From a virus (lineage: Duplodnaviria > Caudoviricetes): DNA of 45,712 nt. Each line of letters begins with the position of its first letter. Position 1 is the stretch's first letter. The notes under the pieces were generated by a model that searched no databases, was not told the origin of the DNA, and saw only the letters and a program-made list of their open reading frames with translations. This document shows positions 9,171 through 19,213 of the stretch, in pieces. The translations under genes and the position numbers were made by a program. The stretch is from positions 1 to 45,712 of IMG/VR virus record IMGVR_UViG_3300008085_000051; one strand, written 5' to 3'.

Positions 9171-9186
9171 CCGAAAGACTTATAAA
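9171..9186 (+). promoter_or_regulatory. BRE+TATA promoter of the neck/tail operon
   Basis: ccgaaagacTTATAAA; ATG at 9212 at 33 nt. Confidence 0.75.
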
Positions 9187-9211
9187 CTAAACTATCACAT
9201 AAGTTTATTCT

Positions 9212-9778
9212 ATGGGAGATTATATAGATTTGGAGTTTTTCCAAAATTATACTAGGACTTTGTATGATGGGACAACTACACCAACATCCACTACTGTTGA
9301 AACTTATATAGATTTATCAGAACAAGAGATAAACGAGACAACAAGGAGAACTTGGGGAGTTACTGTTTATACTAATGAGTTATATGATTTACCTAACCAA
9401 GAGTTATTATTGAAGAATTATCCAGTGTCTTCAGTATCTTCTATCAAACTTTCTGATGATACAGTATTAACAGAAGGAATTGATGAAGATTACATTATAG
9501 ATGGAGATTTTGTATTATTCAATAAAAATAAATACATACCAGATAGAGTTTATGTTACATATACTAAATATAATGAAGTTCGTTCAGCTGTCAAAATGCT
9601 AACAACATTACTTACACTTCAAAAATTAATACAAAGTGAAAGTAGTACTACTGATAACACTGAAAGTATTAGTATAGGCCCTATTTCATTAACAACAGCA
9701 ATAGGTACATCACAAGTAGTAAACTTAGATTATGATATTAATAAATATTGGAAACAACTTAGGAGATTAATAAGATGA
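9212..9778 (+). CDS. Head-tail adaptor (gp6/gp15-like)
   Basis: Position; LLLKNYPVSSVSSI, VYVTY and ESISIGPIS patterns. Confidence 0.7.
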   Translation: MGDYIDLEFFQNYTRTLYDGTTTPTSTTVETYIDLSEQEINETTRRTWGVTVYTNELYDLPNQELLLKNYPVSSVSSIKLSDDTVLTEGIDEDYIIDGDFVLFNKNKYIPDRVYVTYTKYNEVRSAVKMLTTLLTLQKLIQSESSTTDNTESISIGPISLTTAIGTSQVVNLDYDINKYWKQLRRLIR

Positions 9779-10134
9779 GTAAAATTAAAGATAAAATAGA
9801 TAATATCTTACAAACTTATGGTAGTGATGTTACTGTTTTATCTAATGAAATTTATGAAGAACTTGACGAATGGGGAGATGTAGTAGTTACAAGTTCATCA
9901 ATTCGAACAATCAAAGCAGTTAAGGACCAAAATTTATTAAAAAAACTGATCTTAAACTCGACAGGTAGAGTAAATACATCAAGTTCAGTATTGATAGTAA
10001 ATGCTGATGAAGTTTTTGGTGTTAGGGAAGATAAAGTAATATTTGAAAGTCAAACTTATAATATTACTGAAATTAATCCCCTTGAAATCAGTAACAAGAA
10101 ATTAGCACAAATCTTGACCTTAGGTCTTGACTAA
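9775..10134 (+). CDS. Probable head closure (stopper) protein
   Basis: 119 aa; DEWGD and DKVIFESQTYNI pattern; synteny. Confidence 0.6.
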   Translation: MSKIKDKIDNILQTYGSDVTVLSNEIYEELDEWGDVVVTSSSIRTIKAVKDQNLLKKLILNSTGRVNTSSSVLIVNADEVFGVREDKVIFESQTYNITEINPLEISNKKLAQILTLGLD

Positions 10135-10196
10135 GGGTTTGTAATAAAATTACAGATACCTTCTAAGTCCAGAGTGACTATAAAATATAACCTAGA

Positions 10197-10607
10197 ATGG
10201 CAATAAATAACGCAACTATAAGAGCAGACATTTTTAAAGAGTTAAGAGCAGTTATAAAGAATAATATATCTTCAACTGTAAAGGTGACTAATGCTTTTGT
10301 GGATGATATTGCACAATTCCCACAAGTTATAATTCATAGTCCTATTGTCCCTAGAGAAAGACAATCAATGGGAACTGAATCAAAATCATATAATAGAAAT
10401 GGTTCTATAGATATTGAAGTTTATGCTAAAGATACTAAAAGTGCCATATTATTACATGATGAAGTAGAAGAGATTTTATTTAATAATCAAAACTCTATTT
10501 CATTACAAAATATATCTATAGGAGATAGTTCAATGGTTAATATTGATGTTGGTGGTAAAATAGTTAGGGGTTTTGTTATTCCTTTGAATTTTATGTATAG
10601 TAGATGA
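10197..10607 (+). CDS. Probable tail terminator protein
   Basis: FPQVII and IDIEVYA pattern; synteny. Confidence 0.6.
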   Translation: MAINNATIRADIFKELRAVIKNNISSTVKVTNAFVDDIAQFPQVIIHSPIVPRERQSMGTESKSYNRNGSIDIEVYAKDTKSAILLHDEVEEILFNNQNSISLQNISIGDSSMVNIDVGGKIVRGFVIPLNFMYSR

Positions 10608-11044
10608 AAGTTCAATTTAGGTCAGATGGTGCAAAAAGATTTGGCGCACAAAGTAAGAATATTGATTTGGTAAGAAAGAAAGATTTTACAGAAATCATTA
10701 TAAATAAAGCTTATGATTATGCACGAAACTTAGCACCACATGATACTGGAGCATTAAAGAATGCAATACAAAAAATAATTCAAAAAAACTCAGGAAGGGT
10801 TAGGTTAGTACAACCTAGTCACCGTGATGGTCGTAACAGACCATATCACATGTGGTTTCATGGAATTAAAGCTCCAAGTCCTACAGGTAAGAACGGTGCA
10901 GGAAGAGGTTATGACTTAAGGTCAGGCAATAATAGACCAAAATCAGGTATTCCAAATTTCATGGATTTAACTTATGATTATATGGAAAGTCAAACTACGA
11001 AAAGTATACAAGAACAAGTATCGCAAATGTTCAAAAAACAATAA
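10604..11044 (+). CDS. HK97 gp10-like neck protein
   Basis: APHDTGALKNAI matches the P-x-D-T-G-x-L motif; basic protein. Confidence 0.7.
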   Translation: MKVQFRSDGAKRFGAQSKNIDLVRKKDFTEIIINKAYDYARNLAPHDTGALKNAIQKIIQKNSGRVRLVQPSHRDGRNRPYHMWFHGIKAPSPTGKNGAGRGYDLRSGNNRPKSGIPNFMDLTYDYMESQTTKSIQEQVSQMFKKQ

Positions 11045-11055
11045 ACAAATAACAA

Positions 11056-11571
11056 ATGGCAATAGGAGATACATTATCAGGAGATAATACAAAATTATGG
11101 ATTTTACCGGGAGATTCTGATTATTCAGATATTCTTGCAGATACAACATCTAAATACGAAGCAGAAGTAACTAACTGGGACAAATCTGGTGGAGACAACG
11201 ACTTTGACAGTGAAGCAGTATTTAGTGGTTTCATTGATTTAAAGAAACCAAAAGAAGCTATTGAACTTAGTCTAGATATTATATTAAGGCACGGTACTGC
11301 TAAAAGATGGTATGATTTAACTACTACTGGTTTAAAATACTTAGTTGTATTACAAAATTCAGATGATACTAACTATTATTGGGAAGCATATAACAATGCA
11401 AGAGTAATCAATCTTGAATCTGAGTTTAGTGCAGATGATAATTGGAGAGGAACTTTAAGTCTTAAATTATCACCAACTACGGCAGAGGGTTTAACAAATA
11501 TCCAAGTAGGAGAAGATGGTGCAGCTAGTAACTCTATAAATGGAGTACAAGACTGGGCTAGTTTAAGTTAA
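11056..11571 (+). CDS. Probable major tail (tube) protein
   Basis: 171 aa, acidic, S/T/G-rich; lies between neck genes and chaperones/tape measure. Confidence 0.6.
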   Translation: MAIGDTLSGDNTKLWILPGDSDYSDILADTTSKYEAEVTNWDKSGGDNDFDSEAVFSGFIDLKKPKEAIELSLDIILRHGTAKRWYDLTTTGLKYLVVLQNSDDTNYYWEAYNNARVINLESEFSADDNWRGTLSLKLSPTTAEGLTNIQVGEDGAASNSINGVQDWASLS

Positions 11572-11595
11572 TATTAATAACTTATAATTTATAAA

Positions 11596-11904
11596 ATGAA
11601 CGAAGCGGAAAGGAAATTTAAAGAGAAAGGAACAGTGAGTAAGAGATTTAGTCTCCCTTACTTATTTTGGGAAGAATGGGCTAAAGATTGTAAAGAAAAT
11701 CATAACGATACATATTATCTAAAAATGCAATCAGATCATACTTACAAAAAAGACATGCAAGTATTTATAGACTCAATCATTGTAGATATGATAGCGCTGA
11801 AAGGCGACTTACTTGAATTAAAACAAATAGTACAAGAACTAAAACAAAACACAAATAAACAGAGTGAAGTTACTACTCCAAAGGTAACAAAAACATTAGG
11901 ATAA
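11596..11904 (+). CDS. Hypothetical protein
   Basis: 102-aa ORF in the tail operon. Confidence 0.7.
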   Translation: MNEAERKFKEKGTVSKRFSLPYLFWEEWAKDCKENHNDTYYLKMQSDHTYKKDMQVFIDSIIVDMIALKGDLLELKQIVQELKQNTNKQSEVTTPKVTKTLG

Positions 11905-11908
11905 GAAA

Positions 11909-12181
11909 ATGGGAAGATTTAGTAAATTATTACAAAACAAAGGAAAAGAAATCAAGATAGGAGAAGAAGTATTCATCATCAAACCTTTAACAGGAGAATA
12001 CTTAGGCACATTTATGGAAATGGGAGATAATAAAAACGGAATTATTAACGAATTAATATTAACAAGTCTTAACCAAGCAAAACCTGATGAACCTATAACT
12101 ATGGAAGATATTAAAGAATTACCTTTAGGAATCTTGACAAAATTAATGGAAACTATTACTGAAATCAATGAGTTAAAGTAA
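11909..12181 (+). CDS. Probable tail assembly chaperone
   Basis: EIKIGEEVFIIKPLT pattern; upstream of tape measure. Confidence 0.6.
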   Translation: MGRFSKLLQNKGKEIKIGEEVFIIKPLTGEYLGTFMEMGDNKNGIINELILTSLNQAKPDEPITMEDIKELPLGILTKLMETITEINELK

Positions 12182-12187
12182 ACTAAG

Positions 12188-12397
12188 ATGGCTTTTGATT
12201 TCAATAGGTTAATACCTAACGCCGCAAAGAAAAAGCGAGAACAGAGATTTAATAATTTGTTGTATATTGTATTAGTTGAATGGGGGTGGGATTATGAAAC
12301 TTTTTTAAAAACTCCTATACCTATTTTGAATAGATGTTTTCAAGTTCATAACGAAAAAATAAAACAACAAAATAAAAACTCAAAAAAGAAAAGATAA
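12188..12397 (+). CDS. Probable second tail assembly chaperone
   Basis: WGWDYETFLKTP and a basic C-terminus; abuts tape measure gene. Confidence 0.55.
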   Translation: MAFDFNRLIPNAAKKKREQRFNNLLYIVLVEWGWDYETFLKTPIPILNRCFQVHNEKIKQQNKNSKKKR

Positions 12398-13891
12398 ATG
12401 GCAGATACAACAAACACAATAACAAACCAAATAGCAGTTCGAGGAGATAAAGAACTTGACAGTTTGAATAACAAATATAAAAGACTTGAAAAGAGTTTAT
12501 TATCTCTGAGAAGAGAAGCTGCTAAAAATAAAAAATTATTTGATAAAACCCAAGAAGTTAAAGTAGCAAAACAAAATATAGTTAATAGACAAAAAGAGTT
12601 AGTCTTAATGAAACAAAGAAATATAGAACAAAGTAGATTTGCTAGTTGGTTGAGGAAAGGTCAAGATGCACAGATTGGGTTTAATGGTTCAGCTTTAAGT
12701 ACTTTGTTTTTTGGTATGGCTATAAAGAATACCTTTGAGGGTGCTTTAAAGAGTATATTTGGAGGTTATAAAAAGATTATCCCTGCTTCTAGTGAGTTTA
12801 ATAAAAGTACAACCAGACTTAGTGCAAATTGGGAGTTCTTTAAATTTCAATTAGCTGATGCTTTAACCCAAAGCCCTTTATTTCAAAAGTTTATAGGTTA
12901 TACTATAGAATTAGTTCAATCTTTTCAAAAACTACCTACAGCTATGAAAGAAGGTATAGTTTGGGCTATGGTATTAGGTGCAGTATTAGGTTCATTTTTA
13001 CTAGTAAAATCTGTCGTTAGATTAGGTTTAGCTGGAATTACAAATGAGATGGGTACTTTTGCACTTAAAATAAAAGATGCAACTACTAAATCTGATGACT
13101 TAGGTAAATCTTTGAGTAAAATTAAAGAAGGGGGATTAGAGGTAAAAATTAAAATGCCTGAGATACCTAAAAAATTAGACGATTTAATTATAAACTCTGA
13201 TGGAACTATTAGTACTAAAGGGACATCATTTATAGATAAAGTTAAAAATAAATTTTCTAAATATTTAGATGATTTTGATATTAATGTAGATGGCATAAAA
13301 AACTTTTTTGAGAAGTTATTACCTACAAAAGTAATAGTATTTGGAAAAACATTTTTAAAAGTTTTGGGTAAATGGTTTATATTTATAGATGTTTTTATTG
13401 CTGGATTTGAAGCGTGGGGTAAAGTAAACGAGACTGAGTGGACTAATACTACTGCAAAGATATTTACATTGTTAGCAACAACAGCTACAACTTTTACAAA
13501 AAATATATTAAAATTTGTAAATATGGTTGTTATGGGGGTTACGGATATGATAACTGGTTTTTTAGCAGATATAGGAGATATGTTTGGTTTTGATTTGAGT
13601 TTTTTAAAAATAGATTTCTCAAAAACTTTTGATAATATAATTGATAATGTTTTTAATGGACTTAATGATGAAATTATTAGATATACTTCAGGTCAAGCAA
13701 TAACTGATGCAATAAAAGCCGCAGATACATATATTGAAGATGCTAGAGGTGAGACACAAGCACCCTCTGCCCCACAATATAATTTTGTAGTAGTTGAAGG
13801 TTGGAATGAAGGAGTTTCTACAGGGCAAGTTCCAGAAGATGCATTTTCAGCCTATAATATTATGAAAGGAATTCATACACCAATTAATTAA
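12398..13891 (+). CDS. Tape measure protein
   Basis: 497 aa, helical, with hydrophobic segments; canonical position. Confidence 0.75.
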   Translation: MADTTNTITNQIAVRGDKELDSLNNKYKRLEKSLLSLRREAAKNKKLFDKTQEVKVAKQNIVNRQKELVLMKQRNIEQSRFASWLRKGQDAQIGFNGSALSTLFFGMAIKNTFEGALKSIFGGYKKIIPASSEFNKSTTRLSANWEFFKFQLADALTQSPLFQKFIGYTIELVQSFQKLPTAMKEGIVWAMVLGAVLGSFLLVKSVVRLGLAGITNEMGTFALKIKDATTKSDDLGKSLSKIKEGGLEVKIKMPEIPKKLDDLIINSDGTISTKGTSFIDKVKNKFSKYLDDFDINVDGIKNFFEKLLPTKVIVFGKTFLKVLGKWFIFIDVFIAGFEAWGKVNETEWTNTTAKIFTLLATTATTFTKNILKFVNMVVMGVTDMITGFLADIGDMFGFDLSFLKIDFSKTFDNIIDNVFNGLNDEIIRYTSGQAITDAIKAADTYIEDARGETQAPSAPQYNFVVVEGWNEGVSTGQVPEDAFSAYNIMKGIHTPIN

Positions 13892-13893
13892 AT

Positions 13894-14343
13894 ATGGAAA
13901 GTTTACAAATAATAGATACAGGAATGGAAGAGAAGGGTGGAAGTGTGATTTACACTAAAGCTCACACAGATTGGATTACTTTAGATGCTAGAACACTCAC
14001 ACCAGAGATTGACTTTATATCTAATAATAACCAAACAAAAAGATTTAATGATGCTAAAACTCAACTTACTTTTGTGAGTAATAGAATACAAAGTATGACT
14101 TCACCAAGATTTACAATTCAATGTAGATTCAATACAGAAGATTTAACTGATTATCAAAGAGTATTGTTGATGGGACAGACTTTAGGATTAAAGAAAATAA
14201 AAGGTGGGATGGGTACTTTAAGTTCTATCTCAGGTAATGAATTAGGGGAAGTTTATGTTATTATCAAAAGTTTCAGAAATAATGAGAACTTAACTACTGC
14301 TACAAACATGATAAGTTGTACATTAGTATTGGAGATGGTTTAA
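13894..14343 (+). CDS. Probable distal tail protein
   Basis: Directly follows tape measure. Confidence 0.5.
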   Translation: MESLQIIDTGMEEKGGSVIYTKAHTDWITLDARTLTPEIDFISNNNQTKRFNDAKTQLTFVSNRIQSMTSPRFTIQCRFNTEDLTDYQRVLLMGQTLGLKKIKGGMGTLSSISGNELGEVYVIIKSFRNNENLTTATNMISCTLVLEMV

Positions 14344-14344
14344 A

Positions 14345-15445
14345 ATGGATGATTGGGTTGTGTTATGGAGAAATACTTTAGGTGATGAAATTATAATTAA
14401 TATTACTAATGCTAGAATTACTAAGACTAAAGAAGCTAAAAGTAATTCTGCCGAAATATTATTGCCTGCTAAAGATTATATAGTGGATGGAAATATTATA
14501 TTTACTGAAGGGGAAACTTTAGTTATCTATGCAAAGAAAGGTATTATAAATAACAATAATTTATCTGATGATGATTTATTAGGTTCATTTCAAATACTTA
14601 ATATTGACATCAACCCAGACGACCAAAACTTTAAATTAATATGTAGTGATTTAACTTATAGTCTTTTGGCTAATCTTTATAGTAGAGATATTACAGATAA
14701 AACTGATGATATCATTGGAAATATAATCCAAACTACAGCAGAGAATGGTTTAACTCAAACACCAATTACTACAAACATTGCTAGCGTGAGAAGTGATAGC
14801 ACACCTTTCCCTAGTGTTAATTTTGTTAGTCTTTGGAAAACTGCTTATGATAGTATTACTGAATTATCAAAAACTGAATATACAGGGGATGATAAAGATT
14901 ATATATTTTGGTTAGAACCTAATGGGGAATTTAATTGGGTTTATCCCTCATCAACTATTGAAGATTTAGAACTAACTAGAGGAGTTTATCCTATGTTAAG
15001 TGTTAAGCATTCAAAATCGGAAGCACAAACTATTTCAATGGTTATTTATGATGCAGGTTTAGACTTAAATGATAATCAAATACTTTGGTTTTATGTAAGT
15101 CCTAATGCTAATACTATAAAAGGTGCTATTAAATATCAACCTATGACAGATTTAGCTCCTACTGAAAAAAGGAATACAACTATAACTGATAATGATGAAT
15201 TTATTAATCTTATTAGGTCTAAAGCAAATGCACAGGCTAAAAGGATTATAGATAAAGTAGGACAAGGATTAAATGTATCAACAGTAGAAATAGAAGGACA
15301 ACACATTAATATTGCTAAATTACATAAAGTAAAAAGTGATATGAAATCATTGAGTAATCAAAGATTAACTAGAGTAATTCATACTTTAGATTTGAATGGA
15401 TGGAAAACGAGGTTGGAATTAGAAGATGACCTAGAGGTAGTATAA
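14345..15445 (+). CDS. Probable baseplate hub / tail tip protein
   Basis: 366 aa; FWLEPNGEFNW and RVIHTLDLNGWKTRLEL resemble hub proteins; synteny. Confidence 0.6.
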   Translation: MDDWVVLWRNTLGDEIIINITNARITKTKEAKSNSAEILLPAKDYIVDGNIIFTEGETLVIYAKKGIINNNNLSDDDLLGSFQILNIDINPDDQNFKLICSDLTYSLLANLYSRDITDKTDDIIGNIIQTTAENGLTQTPITTNIASVRSDSTPFPSVNFVSLWKTAYDSITELSKTEYTGDDKDYIFWLEPNGEFNWVYPSSTIEDLELTRGVYPMLSVKHSKSEAQTISMVIYDAGLDLNDNQILWFYVSPNANTIKGAIKYQPMTDLAPTEKRNTTITDNDEFINLIRSKANAQAKRIIDKVGQGLNVSTVEIEGQHINIAKLHKVKSDMKSLSNQRLTRVIHTLDLNGWKTRLELEDDLEVV

Positions 15446-15446
15446 A

Positions 15447-15779
15447 ATGACAATAACCGATAATGGTAAGAATAGAATAAGAGATTTAATTAAAGATGAT
15501 ACAACATCAATGGAAGTGGGTGGTGATGGAACTGCTCCAACATCGTCAGATGCGGATTTAGGTAATGATTTGTTATTGACTAAAACGCCCACTGTGACTA
15601 CAAGTAATAAAACATTAACATTTAGTAGTCTTTGGTATAGTACCGAGGGAGATGGGGAGACTTTTAGGGAGGGGGGAGTATTTATTAATGATATTTTACT
15701 TGATAGATATGTATATCCTGACTTTAGTAAAGATACTAACAATGAATTAACAATTATAGATATAATTAAAATACTATAA
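15447..15779 (+). CDS. Tail/baseplate structural protein
   Basis: ITDNG, VGGDGTAPTSSDADL and REGGVF pattern seen in tail-collar-like proteins. Confidence 0.6.
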   Translation: MTITDNGKNRIRDLIKDDTTSMEVGGDGTAPTSSDADLGNDLLLTKTPTVTTSNKTLTFSSLWYSTEGDGETFREGGVFINDILLDRYVYPDFSKDTNNELTIIDIIKIL

Positions 15780-15781
15780 AA

Positions 15782-16450
15782 ATGGCAAGTAATGATATAA
15801 TCTCAAACATAATTAATGATAAACAAGACATTAAGAACCAATTAGGTACAGTCCCTACAGTAATTCCTAGTGTGAAAAGATTTATTAATGCTTTCCAACC
15901 TAAAAGACATTCTACTATCTTAAACAAAGCAACAGTAGGTTTTGGTAGTTTTATATTGAATAATTCGAGTTATGGAGTTTTAGGGACAGATAAATTAGGT
16001 CGAGGTGGACACACAGATGAAACTTGGGCAGTAATTCCTAATAATAATATTTTTGATGAACATTTCTTTGATGAAGGTTATATTAATACCACTAATTCAA
16101 CAGGAACTTTGGGAGTAGATAGTTATATTTTAAATACAGAAGAAGTTTTAGAATCAACAATTATTGCTAAACTTAGACAACCCATAACTTCTGTTTATTT
16201 ATATGATAACTCTAGTTTTATTGATGGAGGTGGTGGTATGACCTTACCATTTACTTTAGGTGAAAGTACATTTTCAGACAATTCTATTAGGTTATATTTT
16301 AGTAATGATTCAGGAAGTAATTGGGTTGAAGCTAATGAAAATGAAACTTTAACATTCCCTACTTCAAGTATCAATGACGAATTAAAATACAAAATTATAG
16401 CAAACACTGAAGTAACAATATCAAATCCTATAAAAATAAAAGTAAATTAA
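15782..16450 (+). CDS. Tail structural protein
   Basis: GVLGTDKLG and YFSNDSGSNW motifs; tail region. Confidence 0.6.
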   Translation: MASNDIISNIINDKQDIKNQLGTVPTVIPSVKRFINAFQPKRHSTILNKATVGFGSFILNNSSYGVLGTDKLGRGGHTDETWAVIPNNNIFDEHFFDEGYINTTNSTGTLGVDSYILNTEEVLESTIIAKLRQPITSVYLYDNSSFIDGGGGMTLPFTLGESTFSDNSIRLYFSNDSGSNWVEANENETLTFPTSSINDELKYKIIANTEVTISNPIKIKVN

Positions 16451-16451
16451 C

Positions 16452-16466
16452 ACAAAGACTTATAAA
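16452..16466 (+). promoter_or_regulatory. BRE+TATA promoter
   Basis: acaaagacTTATAAA. Confidence 0.6.
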
Positions 16467-16504
16467 GGAACTAAACAAATAAATAACAATTATAGGTAAT
16501 AAAA

Positions 16505-17113
16505 ATGACATTATTAACAAATAAAACTACAGGGGATGAAGTACTACCTGCAGAATGGAACGAGGTAGCGACAGCATCTAATAAAGTAACAGACCAAACA
16601 CTCATAGCTGCAGACATTAGTGATTTTGATACTGAGGTGAGCAATAACTCAAGTGTAGCAGCTAATACTTCTAAAGTGGGAGTTACTACTGAAATTAGTA
16701 ATATTGTTGAAGATACTACTCCACAACTTGGGGGTAATTTAGACTTGAACGATAAAGCATTAACAAGAATTGAAACTGCAGGAGAGAACTTAGTTTCTGG
16801 TGACTTATGTTATTTAAATACTGATGGTAAATACTGGAAAGCAGATGCAAGTGTAGAAGCAACAAGTTCAACTGATTTATTATTATCTAACACGACAATT
16901 ATGGCAGATGCAACTGGTGAGTTTATTGAATATGGTGAATTCACAACAACAAGTTTAACTGCAGGTAGTGTTTATTATATGGGTGAAACTGGAGGTACTA
17001 TAACCTCAACAGCACCAACGACAAGTTTAAGTATAGTAAGAGTAATAGGTTATGCAAAAAGTACAACAGTATTAGTATTTAAACCTGATACAACATACAT
17101 AGAGGTAGCATAA
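16505..17113 (+). CDS. Virion fibre/decoration protein
   Basis: T/S-rich; DTTPQLGGNLDLN and AGENL...KADA...GSVYY...VIGYA patterns. Confidence 0.65.
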   Translation: MTLLTNKTTGDEVLPAEWNEVATASNKVTDQTLIAADISDFDTEVSNNSSVAANTSKVGVTTEISNIVEDTTPQLGGNLDLNDKALTRIETAGENLVSGDLCYLNTDGKYWKADASVEATSSTDLLLSNTTIMADATGEFIEYGEFTTTSLTAGSVYYMGETGGTITSTAPTTSLSIVRVIGYAKSTTVLVFKPDTTYIEVA

Positions 17114-17114
17114 G

Positions 17115-17717
17115 ATGACTTGGTATTATAGATTAGATAAAGAAGAAAAGGTAAATACATTAACAGATATTCCTAAAGAACAATGGGAGAAGAAACAGGT
17201 GTTACCTTACAGAAGAGAAGCAGTAACTGATGAAACTAAAGTTAAATTAGCAATTTTAAAATCTGAAGTTGTTGATAGATATTATAAAGCACCAGTTATA
17301 AAGAAAACATTAGAAGAAGTAAAAAAACAAAAAAATCGAGAACTTAAAAATACTTACACAGAATTAACTAATGAGGGTTTTGTATGTAGTAATGGGATTA
17401 GACTCGATTGTAGAGAATCAGATAAAATTAATTGGCTTACAACTAAATTAACTGCCCTAAGTTCAACTAATGATATAACTCTTAAAGATTTTAATAATAT
17501 GGTTCACACTTTAAGCTCAACTGTTGTATTAACTATGTTAGGAGAGTTAGAAAGTTACTATGAGGAGTTACTTAAAACTAAATGGTCACTCCAAATTATA
17601 TTAAATTCGTATACAACTATTGAAGAGGTTGAAGCATTTTACTGGAGAAAAGGAATATTTGATGAGACTACTGAAATGATGCCAGTTTTAACAGGATATA
17701 CATATTGGGTGATTTAA
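17115..17717 (+). CDS. DUF4376-like tail fibre-associated protein
   Basis: TLEEVKKQK...LKDFNN...TTIEEVEAF pattern. Confidence 0.6.
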   Translation: MTWYYRLDKEEKVNTLTDIPKEQWEKKQVLPYRREAVTDETKVKLAILKSEVVDRYYKAPVIKKTLEEVKKQKNRELKNTYTELTNEGFVCSNGIRLDCRESDKINWLTTKLTALSSTNDITLKDFNNMVHTLSSTVVLTMLGELESYYEELLKTKWSLQIILNSYTTIEEVEAFYWRKGIFDETTEMMPVLTGYTYWVI

Positions 17718-17718
17718 A

Positions 17719-19128
17719 ATGGGATTAAATGATGGTCTAGTTGCTTTATATCATTTTTCTGGAGATGCAACAGACTCAAGTGGAAATGGAAATAATGGGA
17801 CAGTAAATGGTGCAACTTTAACTACTGATAAAAACTCTGTAAGTAATCAAGCATATAGTTTTGATGGTGTAAATGATTATATGGCTATAAATAATGTTGA
17901 TGTATCTAATTCTGATTTTTCAATATCAGGATGGTTTATGGCAGATGTTTTAGATATAACATCTCCTATTTTTGAAGATTATTTGTCCGAAAATGATAGA
18001 AATATGTTATATCTTAACACAAATGGAGAATTAATTGCTTATAATGTTCATGGTGGAACATATGAATCAGTAACTGCAACTGGTTTAACCAATTCAACAT
18101 GGTATTTTTTTACATATATTCGTTCAGGTACAACATTCTACCTATATCTTAACGGAGTAGAGATTGGTAGTGATTCATATATTAATCCATCTAATACGAA
18201 CAATTTCTATGTTGGAAAAAGAGGTTATAATAGTGCTTATTTCGATGGAAAAATAGATGAAGTTAGAATTTACAACAGAGCATTATCTGATTATGAAGTG
18301 TTACAACTTTATGTAGGTTATGATACAGACGCAGATAGTGTTACTGCAACTGAAACAATTGGTCTGGAAGCTTATTACAAATTAGATGGTGATGCAACAG
18401 ATTCAAGTGGTAATGGTAATACCTTATACAATGTTTCAGGATTGACTTACAATACAGGATTAATAAATAATGGTGGATTATGGAATGGTACATCAACAAT
18501 TGCTGAAGTTCCAGATTTTATAGATTCATGGGGAACTAATAATTTTACTATTAATTGGTGGATTAAATATACTTATGGTGGCTATATGGTTTTTATGGAT
18601 AGGAATGACGTTAGTACAGCTTTTCAAAGGTTTGCAATAATTATGAATCATAATAGTGTTTCAGAAATAACTGGAACTTTTTATATATTTTCAAGAAATG
18701 CTTCAGGAACTATTGGTTCATTAATGCCTGCAATAAATCCTAATTTGAACGATGGTAATTGGCACATGATTACTTTTTCAAGAAATACTACTTCAACAAC
18801 CGCAAGTAAATTATATATTGATGGAAATGAAATAGCAACAACAGGTTCGATTGTAACAGAAGATATTCATGTAACAGGTGGGCATAGAATTGGGAGATTT
18901 TATAGTGTAACAACTCCTTATTGGTTAAACGCATTGGTAGATGAAATAGGCATTTGGAAAGATAGAAATTTAACTCCAACAGAAATAACTGAACTATACA
19001 ATGCAGGGGCAGGTTTAAGTTACCCCTTTACAATATCAACAGGTTACTCAAACAAAGTGAATGGAATTATATTTAGTAAGATTAATGGGATTGAAACAGC
19101 TAATATTTCAAAGATTAATGGTGTATAA
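17719..19128 (+). CDS. Tandem LamG/concanavalin A-like domain protein (candidate receptor-binding protein)
   Basis: Two copies of GDATDSSGNGN; FDGKIDEVRIYNRALS; DEIGIWKDRNLT. Confidence 0.9.
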   Translation: MGLNDGLVALYHFSGDATDSSGNGNNGTVNGATLTTDKNSVSNQAYSFDGVNDYMAINNVDVSNSDFSISGWFMADVLDITSPIFEDYLSENDRNMLYLNTNGELIAYNVHGGTYESVTATGLTNSTWYFFTYIRSGTTFYLYLNGVEIGSDSYINPSNTNNFYVGKRGYNSAYFDGKIDEVRIYNRALSDYEVLQLYVGYDTDADSVTATETIGLEAYYKLDGDATDSSGNGNTLYNVSGLTYNTGLINNGGLWNGTSTIAEVPDFIDSWGTNNFTINWWIKYTYGGYMVFMDRNDVSTAFQRFAIIMNHNSVSEITGTFYIFSRNASGTIGSLMPAINPNLNDGNWHMITFSRNTTSTTASKLYIDGNEIATTGSIVTEDIHVTGGHRIGRFYSVTTPYWLNALVDEIGIWKDRNLTPTEITELYNAGAGLSYPFTISTGYSNKVNGIIFSKINGIETANISKINGV

Positions 19129-19140
19129 TATAAATAAATA

Positions 19141-19154
19141 GAAACATTTATAAA
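19141..19154 (+). promoter_or_regulatory. BRE+TATA promoter
   Basis: gaaacaTTTATAAA. Confidence 0.55.
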
Positions 19155-19213
19155 GACTTAATGCAAATAAAACATAAATATAATAAATATAATAAAATGA
19201 TAAGAAACGAAAA

